A stretch of DNA of 64,000 nt from Podarcis filfolensis (taxonomy: Eukaryota). The position numbers and the translations under genes are program-made. This document shows, piece by piece, positions 13,289-26,380 of the stretch (within the stretch, counting starts at the first letter, position 1; every line of letters starts with the position of its first letter). The notes under the pieces are model-generated. The model had not been told where the DNA came from. It saw only the letters and a program-made list of their open reading frames with translations, and did no database searches. The DNA lies in NCBI GenBank assembly GCA_964270895.1, contig OZ185435.1; one strand, written 5' to 3'.

Positions 13289-13645
13289 GGGACGTGGGTG
13301 GCGCTGTGGGTTAAACCACAGAGCCTAGGACTTGCTGATCAGAAGGTCGGCGGTTCGAATCTCCGCCACAGGGTGAGCTCCCGTTGCTCGGTCCCTGCTC
13401 CTGCCAACCTAGCAGTTCGAAAGCACATCAAAGTGCAAGTAGATAAAAAGGCACCGCTCCGGCGGGAAGGTAAACAGCATTTCCGTGTGATGCTCTGGTT
13501 CGCCAGAAGCGGCTTAGTCATGCTGGCCACATGACCCGGAAGCTGTACGCCAGCTTCCTCGGCCAATAAAGCGAGATGAGTGCTGCAACCCCAGAGTCAG
13601 CCACGACTGGACCTAATGGTCAGGGGTCCCTTTACCTTTACCTTT
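13289..13645 (+). mobile_element. Sauria SINE, full length
   Basis: GGGACGTGGGTGGCGCTGTGGGTTAAACC head, GGTTCGAATC B-box-like motif, (ACCTTT)n tail. Confidence 0.95.
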
Positions 13646-13849
13646 AATTTGACCCACGGCGGGGTCAGGCTATCTATCCATGCAGCATTCCTGTAGATTG
13701 GATCAAACATGCCTAAGAATGGGGTTCTCATTCACCTTTTGAAATGTGAAGTGGTGCCCTCATTCAAATTTAGGATCCCCTGCATGTAAAATGTGAGCTA
13801 TTCCACCTGGCATCTATGACTGCGTGTTGGCACAGGGGGGACACAAATC

Positions 13850-14535
13850 ATCATGAAGAAAGGGATTGATAATAAAACTGTCAATATCATAATGCTGTTA
13901 TACAAATCTATTGTATGACTGCTTGGAATACTGTTTAAACTTCTGGGTACCTCACATCAAAAGGGATATTGCAGAGGTGGAGAAGCATCTGAAAAGAGCA
14001 ACCAAAATTATCAAGGGAATGGAGCAATTTTTTAGTTTAGATAAAAGGAGAATAAGGGGTGACTTGATGGCAGTGAACAAAATTATGCAGTTTTTTAAAA
14101 GTAGAGAGAGAAAGGCTTTTCTCCCTGTCTCATAACACTGGAACTTGCAGGCTTCCAAAGCAGCTGAATGCTGGAAGATTTCAGGACAGACAGAAGAATA
14201 TTTCTTCACACAGTGCATAGTTGAACTATGGAATTCGCTCCCCAAGGAGATAGAGATAGTCACAGACATGGATGGCTTTAAAAGTGGATCAGACAAATTC
14301 AAGGAAGATAAGGCTATCAGTGGCTACTAGCCATAATAGCTATGGTCTGTCTTCGCTGTCAGAGGCAGTATGCTCCCTGAATACCAGTTGCTGAGAATCA
14401 CAGGTGGAGAGAGCATTATTGTGCTCAGTTTCTGCTTGTGGTCTTCCCATGGGCAGCTGGCTGGCCACTGTAAGAACATGACACCATACTAAATGGGCCC
14501 TTGGCCTGACCTAGCAGGGAACTTCTTACCTTCTT
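13850..14535 (+). mobile_element. Old CR1 3' fragment
   Basis: LEYCLNFWVPHIKRDIAEVEK...FTQCIVELWNSLP followed by a CR1-type 3'UTR. Confidence 0.85.
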
Positions 14536-17500
14536 ACAAATGCCCCATGCTATGTCTGCTGCTGTGGCTGAGCCATCAAGGAACTGCTCTGTGCTACCTG
14601 CAGAATTGAAGCAAGTTGTGGGACCTCCCTCTCTTTTGCTCAGTATGTAAAGGGTGAACGGTGGCATTTTTCTCTTTTCTCCTAGTGAGGCTCCAGCTAT
14701 CACCCCCTGCTTCCCAACCCCATGCCCTATGCAGTGAGCACTGCTTGTCCGTGTGCCTGTGGCTCCCCTTGCTGAATGTCCTGGCCCTTTCCTTTGGCTG
14801 CTTGGCAAAGGAGTATTTCCTTTGCTGAATGGGTCTTGTGTGGGCTTTCTGCAGGCCTCATGCCCTGGTAGCTGTGTGGTTGCTCTGTTTGATGGGCTCT
14901 TCCCTCCTCTCCGTCTGTGTGCGTTGCCCTGATTGTACACAATGACTGAGATTTTGGATCCCTTCCTGTGGGATTGCCTGGGACTGGCTGTACTGGGATT
15001 GTTGAGGATTGTGTCACTGAAGCTGATGGAATGAGGTTGCTATGGCATCAAGGTGTGTGCTGTGATGAAGGGGGTACGCTGGGAAGTCTGTCCTTGTCAT
15101 TGTGGATTTAGTGGCCGTCTCAGTATGGGCATCAACACCAGCCCAGTCCCAGACTTGTGGGCAGTAGCAGCCTGTCTGTTGTTTTTATGCCATTGAAAAA
15201 ACTATTTTTAAAAAAACCTTCTGGCTGTGTGTTTTCCCATTCCCTGCCAGGCTGAGCACATATAGGATACAGTAGCTGTTCTGCCACAACAGCAGCAGCA
15301 TATTTCTCTTCTCCTGCCCCCAACACAACTAGGGTATTGCATTACTCTCTCATGGTATCCAAAGAACTTTAAAAGGTATTTATTAGTTTTACACCCAGCT
15401 AAGGCTTGCACAGTTTATGAAGAAATTAAGCCACACCTTTGCTGTTAATGAGATCAGAGTTCTCACAGAGGTGCTGGAACTATGTTTGGGCTAGACCATT
15501 TCCAGCTAAAAGTGGAGGTGCGCAAGTCTGAATACTCTTTCATATATATTTCCTTAATTGAAAATTAGTTGTTAAGGAAAATAAGAAGCATTCAAACCTA
15601 GCCTTTCCTTCGGCACTTAAAGATACACAGGGGTTGTTTTTTTTCTGGAATGGAAAAGCATTCAGGCATGTGAGCCCCTACCTGCAGTTTGCAATAGTAC
15701 ACCCAGGTATAGATCCACCACCACAGTGAGAACTAGGTATGGCAACTGTGCACCAGCAGCTTAGCTTCTTATGTAAAGAATAAAACAGCCTCCAGCAAAA
15801 CCAGTTTGTTTTAGCAATGCCTCTGTCTTAACTCTGTTAAATACGACTACAACCCTTATCGTGTTTATCTTGACGTGTGCTCATTATCATTCCCACTTTA
15901 CAGGTAGGAACTGAGGCTGGCAAACTAATGCTAAAGCACACACATGTTTGAGCTGTGATTTCACCCCAGGTTATTTATTTAATTTAGAGACATCCAGCAC
16001 TTCCTTCACCAGACTGCCGAATAAAAATTTCACCTCTGGTGGAATGCTAATGCTCAGCATCTTGGTTTAATGTTTTTATCTCAAGGTTGTTCTTTCTTAA
16101 ATGTTCCTCTTTATTACAGTGTAGCCACGGAATGGCTGTTCAGTTCTTGTTTAAATAGTGTAATAGACAGTGTCTTCTGTATGCACACTTGCTGCACTAG
16201 AGGGAGTAGGAATCGCGTTTGTGCCATGGGCAGCTCTGCCTGAAATCAGACTAATATACTCTGCATGCTGTGTAGAGGCCATCACCAGTCTGATCAAATA
16301 CTGTCGTTGCTAAATACAATTCAGCGAAGCATGAAGATCAGGACAAGGAAAACTCCGGAGCTCCATACGATAACAAAGCTCTTCTTACAATAAGTTTTGC
16401 TTTATCCCTCCATATCAAAATCACATTTAATTCCATTAGCAAGCAGAGGCCACCTATAAAACAGAGGAGAGGCTTTGGTGTGTACCTGCGCATGTGTTGC
16501 ACACACACAAAATCATTAAATGGGCTGGAGGCTGGAAGACCCAGAGGAGCAAACATTAATGTTAAGATGTGTTGTGTACAAGTACACAAACACAAAACAG
16601 GGCCTATTGGAGGGTGGGTGCGCCAGGAGTGCCATTTGGCCTGGACATTCAAGCTCAAAGAGAGCCTCAAATTTTGACATTTCTTAATTTTGGGGCTTCT
16701 GAATATTATTATCATAATTATTATAATTGTTTGAATTTATATACTGCCCTATAACCAGAGGTCTCAAGGCGGAATAGTTTCTCAACTTGGTTTTGTGTAC
16801 ATTGGAGCAAACTGTGACACTCTCACAGCTCAGAACTGCAAATTTAAGAAAACGAGAGATGTGATTTGGTAAAATATGTGTGTGTTAACTTATATAGATC
16901 TAGGCATATCCACTTTAGTCTGGAGCCTACTTCAGTGCTTTGATTTGGGCCTGTCTTCACTTTGGATCACCCTCACCTCAGACCCCGAATTCGAAGCAAC
17001 CTTCAGAAAATCAATGCTTTGGTCCACCAATTGACTTGCACTGGGAAACAAAAATGGCCATAACTTTCTGGGGATCAGGGAGAGGGTTTCACATTGACAC
17101 ATAAAACCTTCAGACATAGTAGCCCCCAAGAGGAGATTAACCCTGAAATTTGGTAAAATTTCAAACAGGTACGTCAAGGGTTTCTTTAAACTTTTTTTAA
17201 AAAAACAACAACCACCATAACCTTTTTGTAAAATGTCAATGCAAGGGGTGAATAATAAAAGCCTAGGCAAGCAAACCACAAAGAGGGAATTATAATAGCC
17301 TAGGTGGCTATGTAGGCAGCAATGAAGGAATTATAATACCATAGGCATGGAGGGACAAATGAGCAAGGTTGCTTGAGAGGATACAGCTGTAGATAAAATA
17401 CAAAACCAAACACTATGGCCAAAATTGGGAGAGGGAGACAAAAGTGACACTGCCCAAGTAGCTGAAAATAACTAGTATAGTTGGGGCTCATCCAGACTTT

Positions 17501-17982
17501 CTTTTGTGCTGCGTTTCTAGACATAGGTCCGGGCTTTAAAGTTCCATGTCTGAGTGTGGGGTTTTTTTGGTCTTGGTGATTTCCCAAGGAAAACCTGAAT
17601 TTCATCACTGAATCAGAATAAACAGGATTTATTTTATTTTATTTTATTTATTTTATTTTCGGATTGCTGTTTGCTCTGAATCAGTGGCTGAATGTGGGTT
17701 TCCCTGGAGAAAGCACTGGGACAAAAGAAATCTGCTTGGACGCAGCGCTTTAAAGTGCTGACCTGTGCCTGGAAAGCACAGTCTGGATGACCTCTTAAAA
17801 TGAAGACGAGAGACATTTGTTCTTTTTAAAATGAAGGTGGGGCTGGGATAGCCGGGGACGGGTAAAAAATAATTGAGAGAAAATAGGTAGTGGAAGAAGC
17901 ATGAGGGTTGATTGGTTTGTTGCTTTATTTGTTTTGCTGCCTGCCAGCCACCTCAAACAACCATCTGAGAAGCTTTTGCAAA

Positions 17983-17986
<4 letters not shown>

Positions 17987-18013
<27 letters not shown>
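17987..18013. repeat. (TG)n microsatellite
   Basis: Direct reading. Confidence 0.98.
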
Positions 18014-18199
18014 TGGATAGGGGGTTAGGGAAGAAGCATGAAAACTACAATGAGCATCAGTTAGGACAAGGTTTGTTCCGACAGCTAAAATTCTGGCCAA
18101 CAAGCAGGAAGTAGGTACAGCTGCATCCTACAGCTGCAATTTTGGACAGAAGCTGCTTCAGCTGCACTTGGCAGAGGTACTGTTATAATTCCATCCAAA

Positions 18200-18489
18200 A
18201 CACAATTGCAGATAATCTCCTAAACTCCCCTAGTATGCAAATCTTGAACTGAACTATAATCTTCTCAATCTTCCTTTACCCAAAGATAGAAAATGTCATT
18301 ATTCTGCAGCCTTCTGGGATCGTTTATGCCCTCTGTGTCATCTCAAATATAAATGCCAGTGGTGCTGAATTTTCATCAGCTGCTTCCCTGAGCACCTGAA
18401 GTATGTTTCATCAGGCCCTGATGACTTAAATACTGATTTCATCACCTCCCTACCCCCTAATTATCTGATCATAGATCCCTTTCTAATAA

Positions 18490-18541
<52 letters not shown>

Positions 18542-19080
18542 AATCCGAATACCAGTTGCTGCGGAAACACAGCACCCTTCCTGTACTCCTGGCCTACTTG
18601 TGGGCTACCCGTTAGCGTCTGGTTCATCACTCAGGGAACTGAAGACTGGACTAGATGGCCCTTTGATCTGATCCAGCAGGACTTCTCTTATACTGGAAAT
18701 GCAACAATACCTCCTTGTACATATGTTATATGTTAGCACCAACCCTGCTTCCTGACACATTTGCATATTGCTTCCAACAAGCTCATCTAATTCACTTAGT
18801 ACCTTTTTTGTAATTTTATCCTGAACCATTTATTAATCTCTGTAGAGGCATGCTCTTGCTTCCATATATATATATTCCCTTTCCTGTATGCTTCACTTTT
18901 GATCTTGATTTTACTTTCAGTTAAAATTGGCCACTTCTTTATGCAGCCATATTAATCTCGCATGAACCTTTCCATCCCGTTTTTGGCACTGGAATAGACA
19001 CAATTGGGCCTCCACATCTTAGAAATTGCAGGTCCTTCTGGGTTACCCATTTCTTTAGTTTCTATGTACAAAAAAAAACT
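18200..19080 (-). mobile_element. Old CR1 ORF2 fragments (minus strand), with a + strand CR1 3'UTR piece at about 18548-18690
   Basis: Degenerate matches to CR1 ORF2 on the reverse strand; CR1-type tail (GGACTAGATGGCCC...TGATCCAGCAGG) on the forward strand. Confidence 0.55.
18488..18543. repeat. (GAAA)n microsatellite
   Basis: Direct reading. Confidence 0.98.
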
Positions 19081-20254
19081 TGAGAAGAGCCTAGGTCCCA
19101 GACTAATGACTAATTCATAAACCAGTTCTGTTTTCAGATTGAAACGGGAAAGAAAAAAATAAGAGCGTTAAGTAACAGAACTTTTTATCGGGCGGATTTT
19201 AAATAGCTTCCATGTTTTGAGGGTGGGAGGAGATGTGGCAGGTAGTCTGTAACTTCCTACCTCACCTTGTGCTCTCCATGGAGCTGTGTCATAGTAGATT
19301 GTTTCCATACACCCATGTACAGCCCATGTCTTCAGTGCCTGCATGGGTTGGGTGTCGGGAGCACCTTCCAATCACAGGAACAGCAGCACAGCATTCCCAA
19401 GGAATAGGTCCTGGTGCAGTGGACTCACATTTGCTGATGTGAGCAACTCAAAAGCAGCAGAGTAACGGAAGCAAAGCTGTGGAGGTTTTGTTGCATACCT
19501 AATTTATTTCTACTGATGAAACAAATAAAAGAACATAACAAACATGCACGAGAGAAGCAGCTCTTTCATACTGCCATCTTGTCTCTAGACAGCTCAAAGG
19601 AAAAACCCACACAGTACTAGGGATGGAAGTCTGGAAGAGTAGTTTCCGCCCCCGTCTTTCTCACAGGCAGAAAGTAAAACAAACATGATCTGGTGATCTT
19701 TGCAATGGGAGGGATGAAAATACTGACAGATTGGACAGGGTGTGGCTGATCCATGTTTCTGTAGGAGCTTACATCTAAAAAATTGACAAAAGGGAATCAA
19801 CAGAGGAAGAGGAAGAAGGGATGGACAGAGAAGTAATGTGCAGTTGTTTCAGTTGCACATAATGACTCTCAACCTGATTTTTACCATTATATTGTGGTAC
19901 AAATCAATGTCAAGAATTTTGGAGGTTTGACTCATAATTTTGACTCACAATTGAAATTTTTCATGCTACAGGAGGAAGCTTCATGATGATACATGTCATG
20001 GGTGTGTGGGGGGGGGGGTTCTGAAATAAACTATTCTGGCAAATACATAATTACATTTTCCTGTACAGACGACAGAGAAAAAGAAGAGAAAGTTGTTGAT
20101 ACATCTTTACAAATAATAGTGGACAACAATTTGGACATATGAGTGTAAAATTCATGATGGAAATAAGAGTTGCAGATCTTATTTGTGGGTGGTGTTTGTT
20201 GTTGTTTTTTGTTTTAAGGTGCATCCGTCTCTGTATTATGTGGAGAGCTGGTAC

Positions 20255-20765
20255 TTCAGAGCTCTTAATCAAATCACGATACCCAGCCACCACTTTCCCT
20301 CTGATTCTAGAGCACCTGCAGTATTTTTGCACATCTACAGTGTTCACTAAGCTGGATCTGAGGGGAGCTTACAACCTGGTCTGGATAAAGCAGAGAGATG
20401 AATAGAAAATGGCTTTGCAGACAAGATATGGGCATTGTGTGTACATGGTCGTGCCTTTTGGACAATGGAATGCCCCAGTGGTTTCTCAATATATTATGAA
20501 TGATATTTTTAGCAATTACTTGGACCAGTTACTGATAGTTTACAAAGATGACATTCCGATTTATTCAGCCAATTCTCAATTACATGAGTTGAATGCGAAA
20601 GCAGTGTCGCAGAGGCTCTGGGAGTACAAGCTGTATGCTAAGTGAGAGATATGTGTATTCGACCTTGCTACCGTTGGTTTCCTTGGCCACCTCATCACTC
20701 CAGCAGGGGTGAAAATGGATACAGCCAAAATAGAGTCAGTACTCTCCTGGCAGTCTACCAAAACA
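20255..20765 (+). mobile_element. Ty3/Gypsy RT remnant
   Basis: VFTKLDLRGAYNLVWIK, YMVVPFGQWNAP, VYKDDIPIYS, VGFLGHLITPAGVKMD, with stops and frameshifts. Confidence 0.9.
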
Positions 20766-22794
20766 AAACAAAAAAGACCTTCAAAGATGACCAATGTATG
20801 ACCAGAAGCATAAGAATCAGGGAGGGTGGTTCACACAATCCTCTTAAGACGTGCTTTTAACATAGGACTGCCACATGAGAAGAATATTGGGCCAATGGTG
20901 ATTCCTCCTGCTGACATTGGCAGATATGTGGAATCCCTTCATACAACAGCCAGAGAGGAGGCAACTCAGGGGCAGGGCTAGCCAGCATGACCCCACATTC
21001 CCCTCGCATGTACTTCTACTACATGTGATTGTGAGAACCCATCTAGAATGATATGGGAGAAGAGTCTTACATATACATGAATCAGCCCTAAGTCTTTGCA
21101 CCTGCCAGATTGACCACTTATAGATCCCCAGGTAGTATAAATGGGTGTTATGTGATTTCTGAGACTTGGGTGACCCAGTCTTGAGACCAACCAAGACTCA
21201 AGTAGCAGACATGCCCCACTCTCATCTTGACCTTTCTCTTTGCTCATCTTATTTTTCTAAACAAAAAGGGCTCAACTTCTCAGCCTTTCCTGTTAGGGAA
21301 GATGTGCCAACTTCACCCAGCATAATTTTAGTAGCTCAGAAAAGTATAGAGACAACAGAGTAACACAAGGCTTTGTAGTGCATCTGATACTATTCAGGGT
21401 GCAGGGAAGACTCCCAAATTGCATTGATTCACCCTCTTACTCACCCCACACACAGAACGGATGCACATCAATACTGTATACTTCTTGAAGAAGGTCATCG
21501 GCATTGCCCAGCGTTTTTTAGGACATTATTCTTTGATAGACACCCATAGAATTGGGAAAGGATGCCTAGGAGCACAGAAAATTACAGCCATCAGCAAGCA
21601 GAAGGTGAAAACTGGGGGCAAACAATGTCCTTATCTCCAACAACTGACAAGACCACATTCTCAACATTTCAGAGCCAATGCAGCATAGTGTTTAGAGAGT
21701 CAGCCTATGACTAGAGAGACCCAGGTTCAAATTCCTACTTTTCCATGAAGCTCATTGTGACCTTTCTCTCAGCTTAATTCATTTTTCAGGGCATTCCACA
21801 GCTGGGCTCCACCACCACAAGTGGATGTTGGAGGTCACATAGTTGCCATAGCTGAAATCCACAGACAGACTTCCAGAAGTGAAAAAAGGAATCTAAATAT
21901 CTGAGCTGTTTTTGGAATATGTCTAGATTATATAATCTAAATACAATTGTTCAAGCATAATCTCTGTTGTTTAAAGAATGTATACACATGTTTATTAGGC
22001 ACGGCAGCTTTTATATGGCCCATCAGCACCAGTTTCCAAGGCTTAAAGCCATTAGTCTGTTTGGTGAATAGGTGTCCACACAATGTCTAGAAAATAACTA
22101 TAATTTGTTCCTAAATGTATGTAATTAATCATTTTAATGAGATAATTTACAGCTCAACACTTGGAGTACTGTATGGGACGGCAATCTCCATTGATGTGGC
22201 TTTGTTTCTCAAGCCATCAGCCTTTAATTGGTATGTGTATATATAATATTCTTCTGCTGATGTGCATGTATAATTCACACAGCAGGATTAATGGAAATAG
22301 TGCATGCATCCAGGGGAGAACAAACATCTCCTTCCACTTCATATGTCCATCAATCTTCCTGTTATTCATGCGCTGCTGCCCCTATATATCGTTGCTATTC
22401 ATCAATGGGTATTTTTCTTTCAAATGTGAATAGCTGAGCTCCTTTCAATTTGCTTGTTCCCACTTACAGATATATATATAAACTACATACACCTCTTTCA
22501 CCTTGAAATAATGTTTAATAAATTGCAATTACCTTGAAAAGTCCTTCCATAATTGATCTCTTGAGTTTATTCTTTGGTTTCTACTTTTCTTTGATTTTAA
22601 ATTAGATTGGCTTATTTGATTAGCACAGCAGTCAATAAATTTATCTGCTGTTGTTGCTGAGAGCCAGTTCTCAAAAAAAAAACCAGCTTCCTTTTGGCCT
22701 AAGATTATCAGTTATGTTCCAAACAAGTGGTTTGGTTTGGTTTTTACTTTGTTCACATTCATATTATTTTACATATAATTTCTATTGCATATAA

Positions 22795-22927
22795 TAGGGA
22801 TGGGAAACTTTTGGCTCTCCATATGTTGCTGAACTTACAAGCCCCATCAGCAAGCATGACCACTGGCCAGGTGTGATGAGAGTTGTCATTCAGCAATATC
22901 TGGAGGGCAGAATGTTTCCCACAACTG
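22795..22927. mobile_element. About 130-bp palindromic hAT-derived MITE; further copies at about 23354-23496, 50060-50175 and 59355-59470
   Basis: CTCC(A)ATGTTGCTGAAC...GTTCAGCAACATCTGGAG internal inverted repeats recur at several loci. Confidence 0.7.
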
Positions 22928-22984
22928 GCAAAGAATGATTGAATCAGAGATATTGGAGGGACTTATGATGCAGAATACTACTGC

Positions 22985-23230
22985 AGTATCCCTGACAGAC
23001 ATCTGTTCAGGGTCTGTTTAAACACCTGCAGTGAGGGAGAGCCCACCACCTCCAGAGGTAGCCTGGTCCACTGTTAAACAACTCATAGCATAAGGAAGAT
23101 TCTCCTAAAGATTAGCCCAAATCTGCTCCCTGCAGTTTTCACCCATTGGTTCTAACTTTGGCCTCTGATATAGCAGAGACAAGTCTGCTCCACCGTTGGC
23201 ATAACTGCTCCTCAGATGTTTGAAGTATGA
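22985..23230 (-). mobile_element. CR1 3' ORF2 fragment
   Basis: Reverse-complement resemblance to the CR1 C-terminal coding region (AGTGAGGGAGAGCCCACCACCTCC...). Confidence 0.65.
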
Positions 23231-26089
23231 AATATCTAGTAATTCTCAACTTAAGTTAGCCTCATGACAATCCTCTGAACTCTGTAAGCTCAGAAGGTCA
23301 ACCAAACAATGAATTTTGCTGCTTTGTAGAACTTTGAGCAGAGGTGTAAAGCACAAAGCTGGATAGGGAGAACTTTTGGTCCTCCAAATGTTGCTGTAAT
23401 CTACAACCATCACCCATGACTGTTGGCCATGCTTGCAGGGGCTGATGGGAGTTGTAGTTCAGCAACATCTGGAGGACCAATGGTTCCATACATCTGTACA
23501 CAGGTGCCCGATTCCTGAATCGCAGGGGGTTGGATTGGATAACTCCTGTGGTCTCTTCCATTGAATTCTATAATTCAGTGATTTTCTGTACCAATCATAG
23601 ACTTAATTGCAAGACTGACACAAGCTACCTACTCTGGGGTAACTTTAGAGCCTAAAGTTTAGACCCTATCTCTTCCCTCCCCCCACGCCTTTCCTGGCTC
23701 AAGAAACAGTGAAGCATACTGGAGTGCTCCTTCCTATTTCCACTTCAACCTCCTAGAACAGCAGCATATTAAAGGGAGGAGAAGTACCTTTTAAAGCACG
23801 ATTGTTGCCGCTGCTATTTGGGGCTGGAAGTTTGTGGCCTGCAGTGGATGGCTTGGCAGTCTTGATCCAGTTTGCAGGCTGCCACTTCATCACTTCTGTC
23901 TCCCCCCCCCCCACCCACACCAGGTGGGAGTTATCCATTAAAATATGGGGAAATACCTGTGACTTGCTCACCCAAGAAAAAAATAACAACTAGACAACTA
24001 GTTGTTAACAAGCAAAGAGAGGAGTTCCTGCCCTTTTGAACTCAGGTCTTATTTTTTTGTGGAAAACATGGGTGAAAGTTCAGAACGGACTGTACATAGG
24101 CTTCAAATTCCCCGGTTTCTGGATTTAAATTACTGGCTGGTATTCATCTAAATAATTGCATGAGTGGAATTATTTTCCCCACATGAACCTTCTGCCAAAT
24201 CCCAACCCTGCTTAGGAGAACCCTAGAACAGATTTCTAGAACAGATGGGGGAAGTCCTGTTCCATAAAAGGAAGTTGTTCATCTCATGCAATTATTTCGT
24301 TGCACACCCTCCACTGTCTCTGACAGCAGTTCTCGGTCTTATCACTTGGGCCCAGATTAAACAGCTCTTGGACAGTCCTGCTTGCCTCATGAATCCCATC
24401 TACCACTTTGGTAATGAGTAATGATGCATCAGCCATTGCCCCATATTCTCCCTTGATATGATTTTGTTTTAGACTAGCATTCTGGGAATTTGAGCCTCTC
24501 TTTCCAAATACACACCTTGTACTGCAGTCAGAGCAGTATGGTCCATTATAGCTACTGAGGGGAGGTTTCTGTAGCTCAGCGTTTTAGTGACACAAAATCC
24601 CTTCAGTGGCTCAGGTCTGTGTTAACCACGTTGTAGAATGAGATGAGGAACAAACTGTTCTGCCAGAACAAGAGTTATCCATTAACCTGCATCCCAACGG
24701 TAGTTCCCAGCACAGCTGATTGTGTAATTAATTGGTAACTGGAAGCATAGAAATAGTTCACACACCAAACATTATCCTGTATGTTGCACCAGAGTCCATG
24801 GGGGATAAGCTCGTTGGACTGGCCCTCAATACCTCATTCTACTTGTACTAGAAGGGATTGGAGAAGAAAGATTGGCAGTTTCCATGTGGTTTGCTTGGAA
24901 GCACTGGACATTGGTGCTGGATACTAGGATCAACAGGAGATAGTTGTGTCGTCGCTGTGGCCCTATAACCTTGACACCTGATTAGACAAGCGGTTCTCTT
25001 AGCACTAGCTTCAGTCTGCTAGTCTGCAAAGATTAAATAGAACATGTTTTAAAAATGCATGTGCATGTCGATTGATTCTTATGTACACTTTATAAAGTCA
25101 ATAGTACTATATAAGGCACAATGTAAGGACCACTGATAAGCACTATACATTTAAAGCAGAAATATGGGGATCTGTTTTAGACAACACTGGGTTTACTAAA
25201 AAGCAGTTACTGAGCTAAAGTGCTTCAGTGTCACTGACTGTTTAAAAATGGAAGAAAAACAGCATTTAGCATCAAGCTTTGCCATGAATGAAATTTTCAG
25301 AAACAACAGAACTGGTCATGTATATTACAATACAAAACAATATACATTTGCAAAATCCAGAACAGCTCAACTTCTGTATAAATATGAGTCAAAATTCAAT
25401 GTCACTCCAGATTTGATAGCTGTTGTGTAGCTGGTAAACCCAGACAACTATCTATAGTGTTTGTGCGTTATTTTTGTACACCTTTTGAGTTGGTTTTACT
25501 GCATCAATTCAGCTGGGGAAAGTGTATCAAATGACACTAGCTCTCTAGGTAACAGTGGGCTGGATCCATAGAGCTGCTTGTTTGAGTGGATACCAATTCT
25601 CCTTACCCAAGGAGGTATCTCCAGGTTTCCCCGATACCCTACTCCAGCAGTGGCTCCCATGCTACATGCCATGATTTATCCAGTGGTGCCCTGACTTCAA
25701 GAGCAGCTTTGGGGGTGGGAAGGTTCAGGAAGATGAAGTGGGGAGGAGGTGGGAAGGTCCTGCTCTTAGGAACAAAACCCTGTTCCATAATACAATAGCC
25801 TACGTGCATGATGATATGCACAGACCATGGGTAAACATGAAAGTTTTCTAACAGACAAGTTTAAACTCAAAATTGTGCTAGGCCGGCAGTCATTCCTAAT
25901 GAAATCTAGAACCCATGGGAGTAATGGAGAGATAAACCCATGGAGGATATATCTCCATTGCTTCCCCTAGTGTTATACTAATCCTGCCATACAAGGTGGC
26001 TCAGTTTAAGGACTGGTCTGGCAGTGGGTTGCACCATTTAATAGACTTTTATGAACAACCTTTATCTACATAGAAATCAGTCAATAAAT

Positions 26090-26380
26090 TGCAAGGCCTG
26101 TGCATCAGTTGACTCATTCTTCACCAAGCACATCATTTCATTACTAAAACATCAATAAAGAAATCTGGACAAAGAGATTTTTGAGTGCTTAATTTTAGAA
26201 TTTGAATGCAGTAGAAAAGGATTAGTTTTAAAGATATACTCTTTATTGAATAATAAAACAACAAACTCATTCTCTCTGTTAAAGGGAGTTTGGGAACAAG
26301 ACATAGAGCAAGTAATTTCAGATGAGGCATGGTCAAATATCTGGAATAATCCACTGCTGCAAAGGCCAGGGGACTTTCTT
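26090..26380 (+). mobile_element. L1-clade ORF2 fragment
   Basis: GLVLKIYSLL...LKGVWEQDIEQVISDEAWSNIW, the same L1 region as 54140-54690. Confidence 0.65.

Noticed and set aside
13289-13360. tRNA-like heads here and at 28380-28415 and 29500-29828
   Set aside because: Each is fused to a SINE body and tail and cannot form a full cloverleaf; not tRNA genes.
16325-19225. Possible CCDC196 exons (e.g. AKHEDQDKENSGAP at about 16325; IETGKKKIRALS at about 19140)
   Set aside because: Expected from mammalian synteny, but the resemblance is only compositional and splice sites are incomplete.
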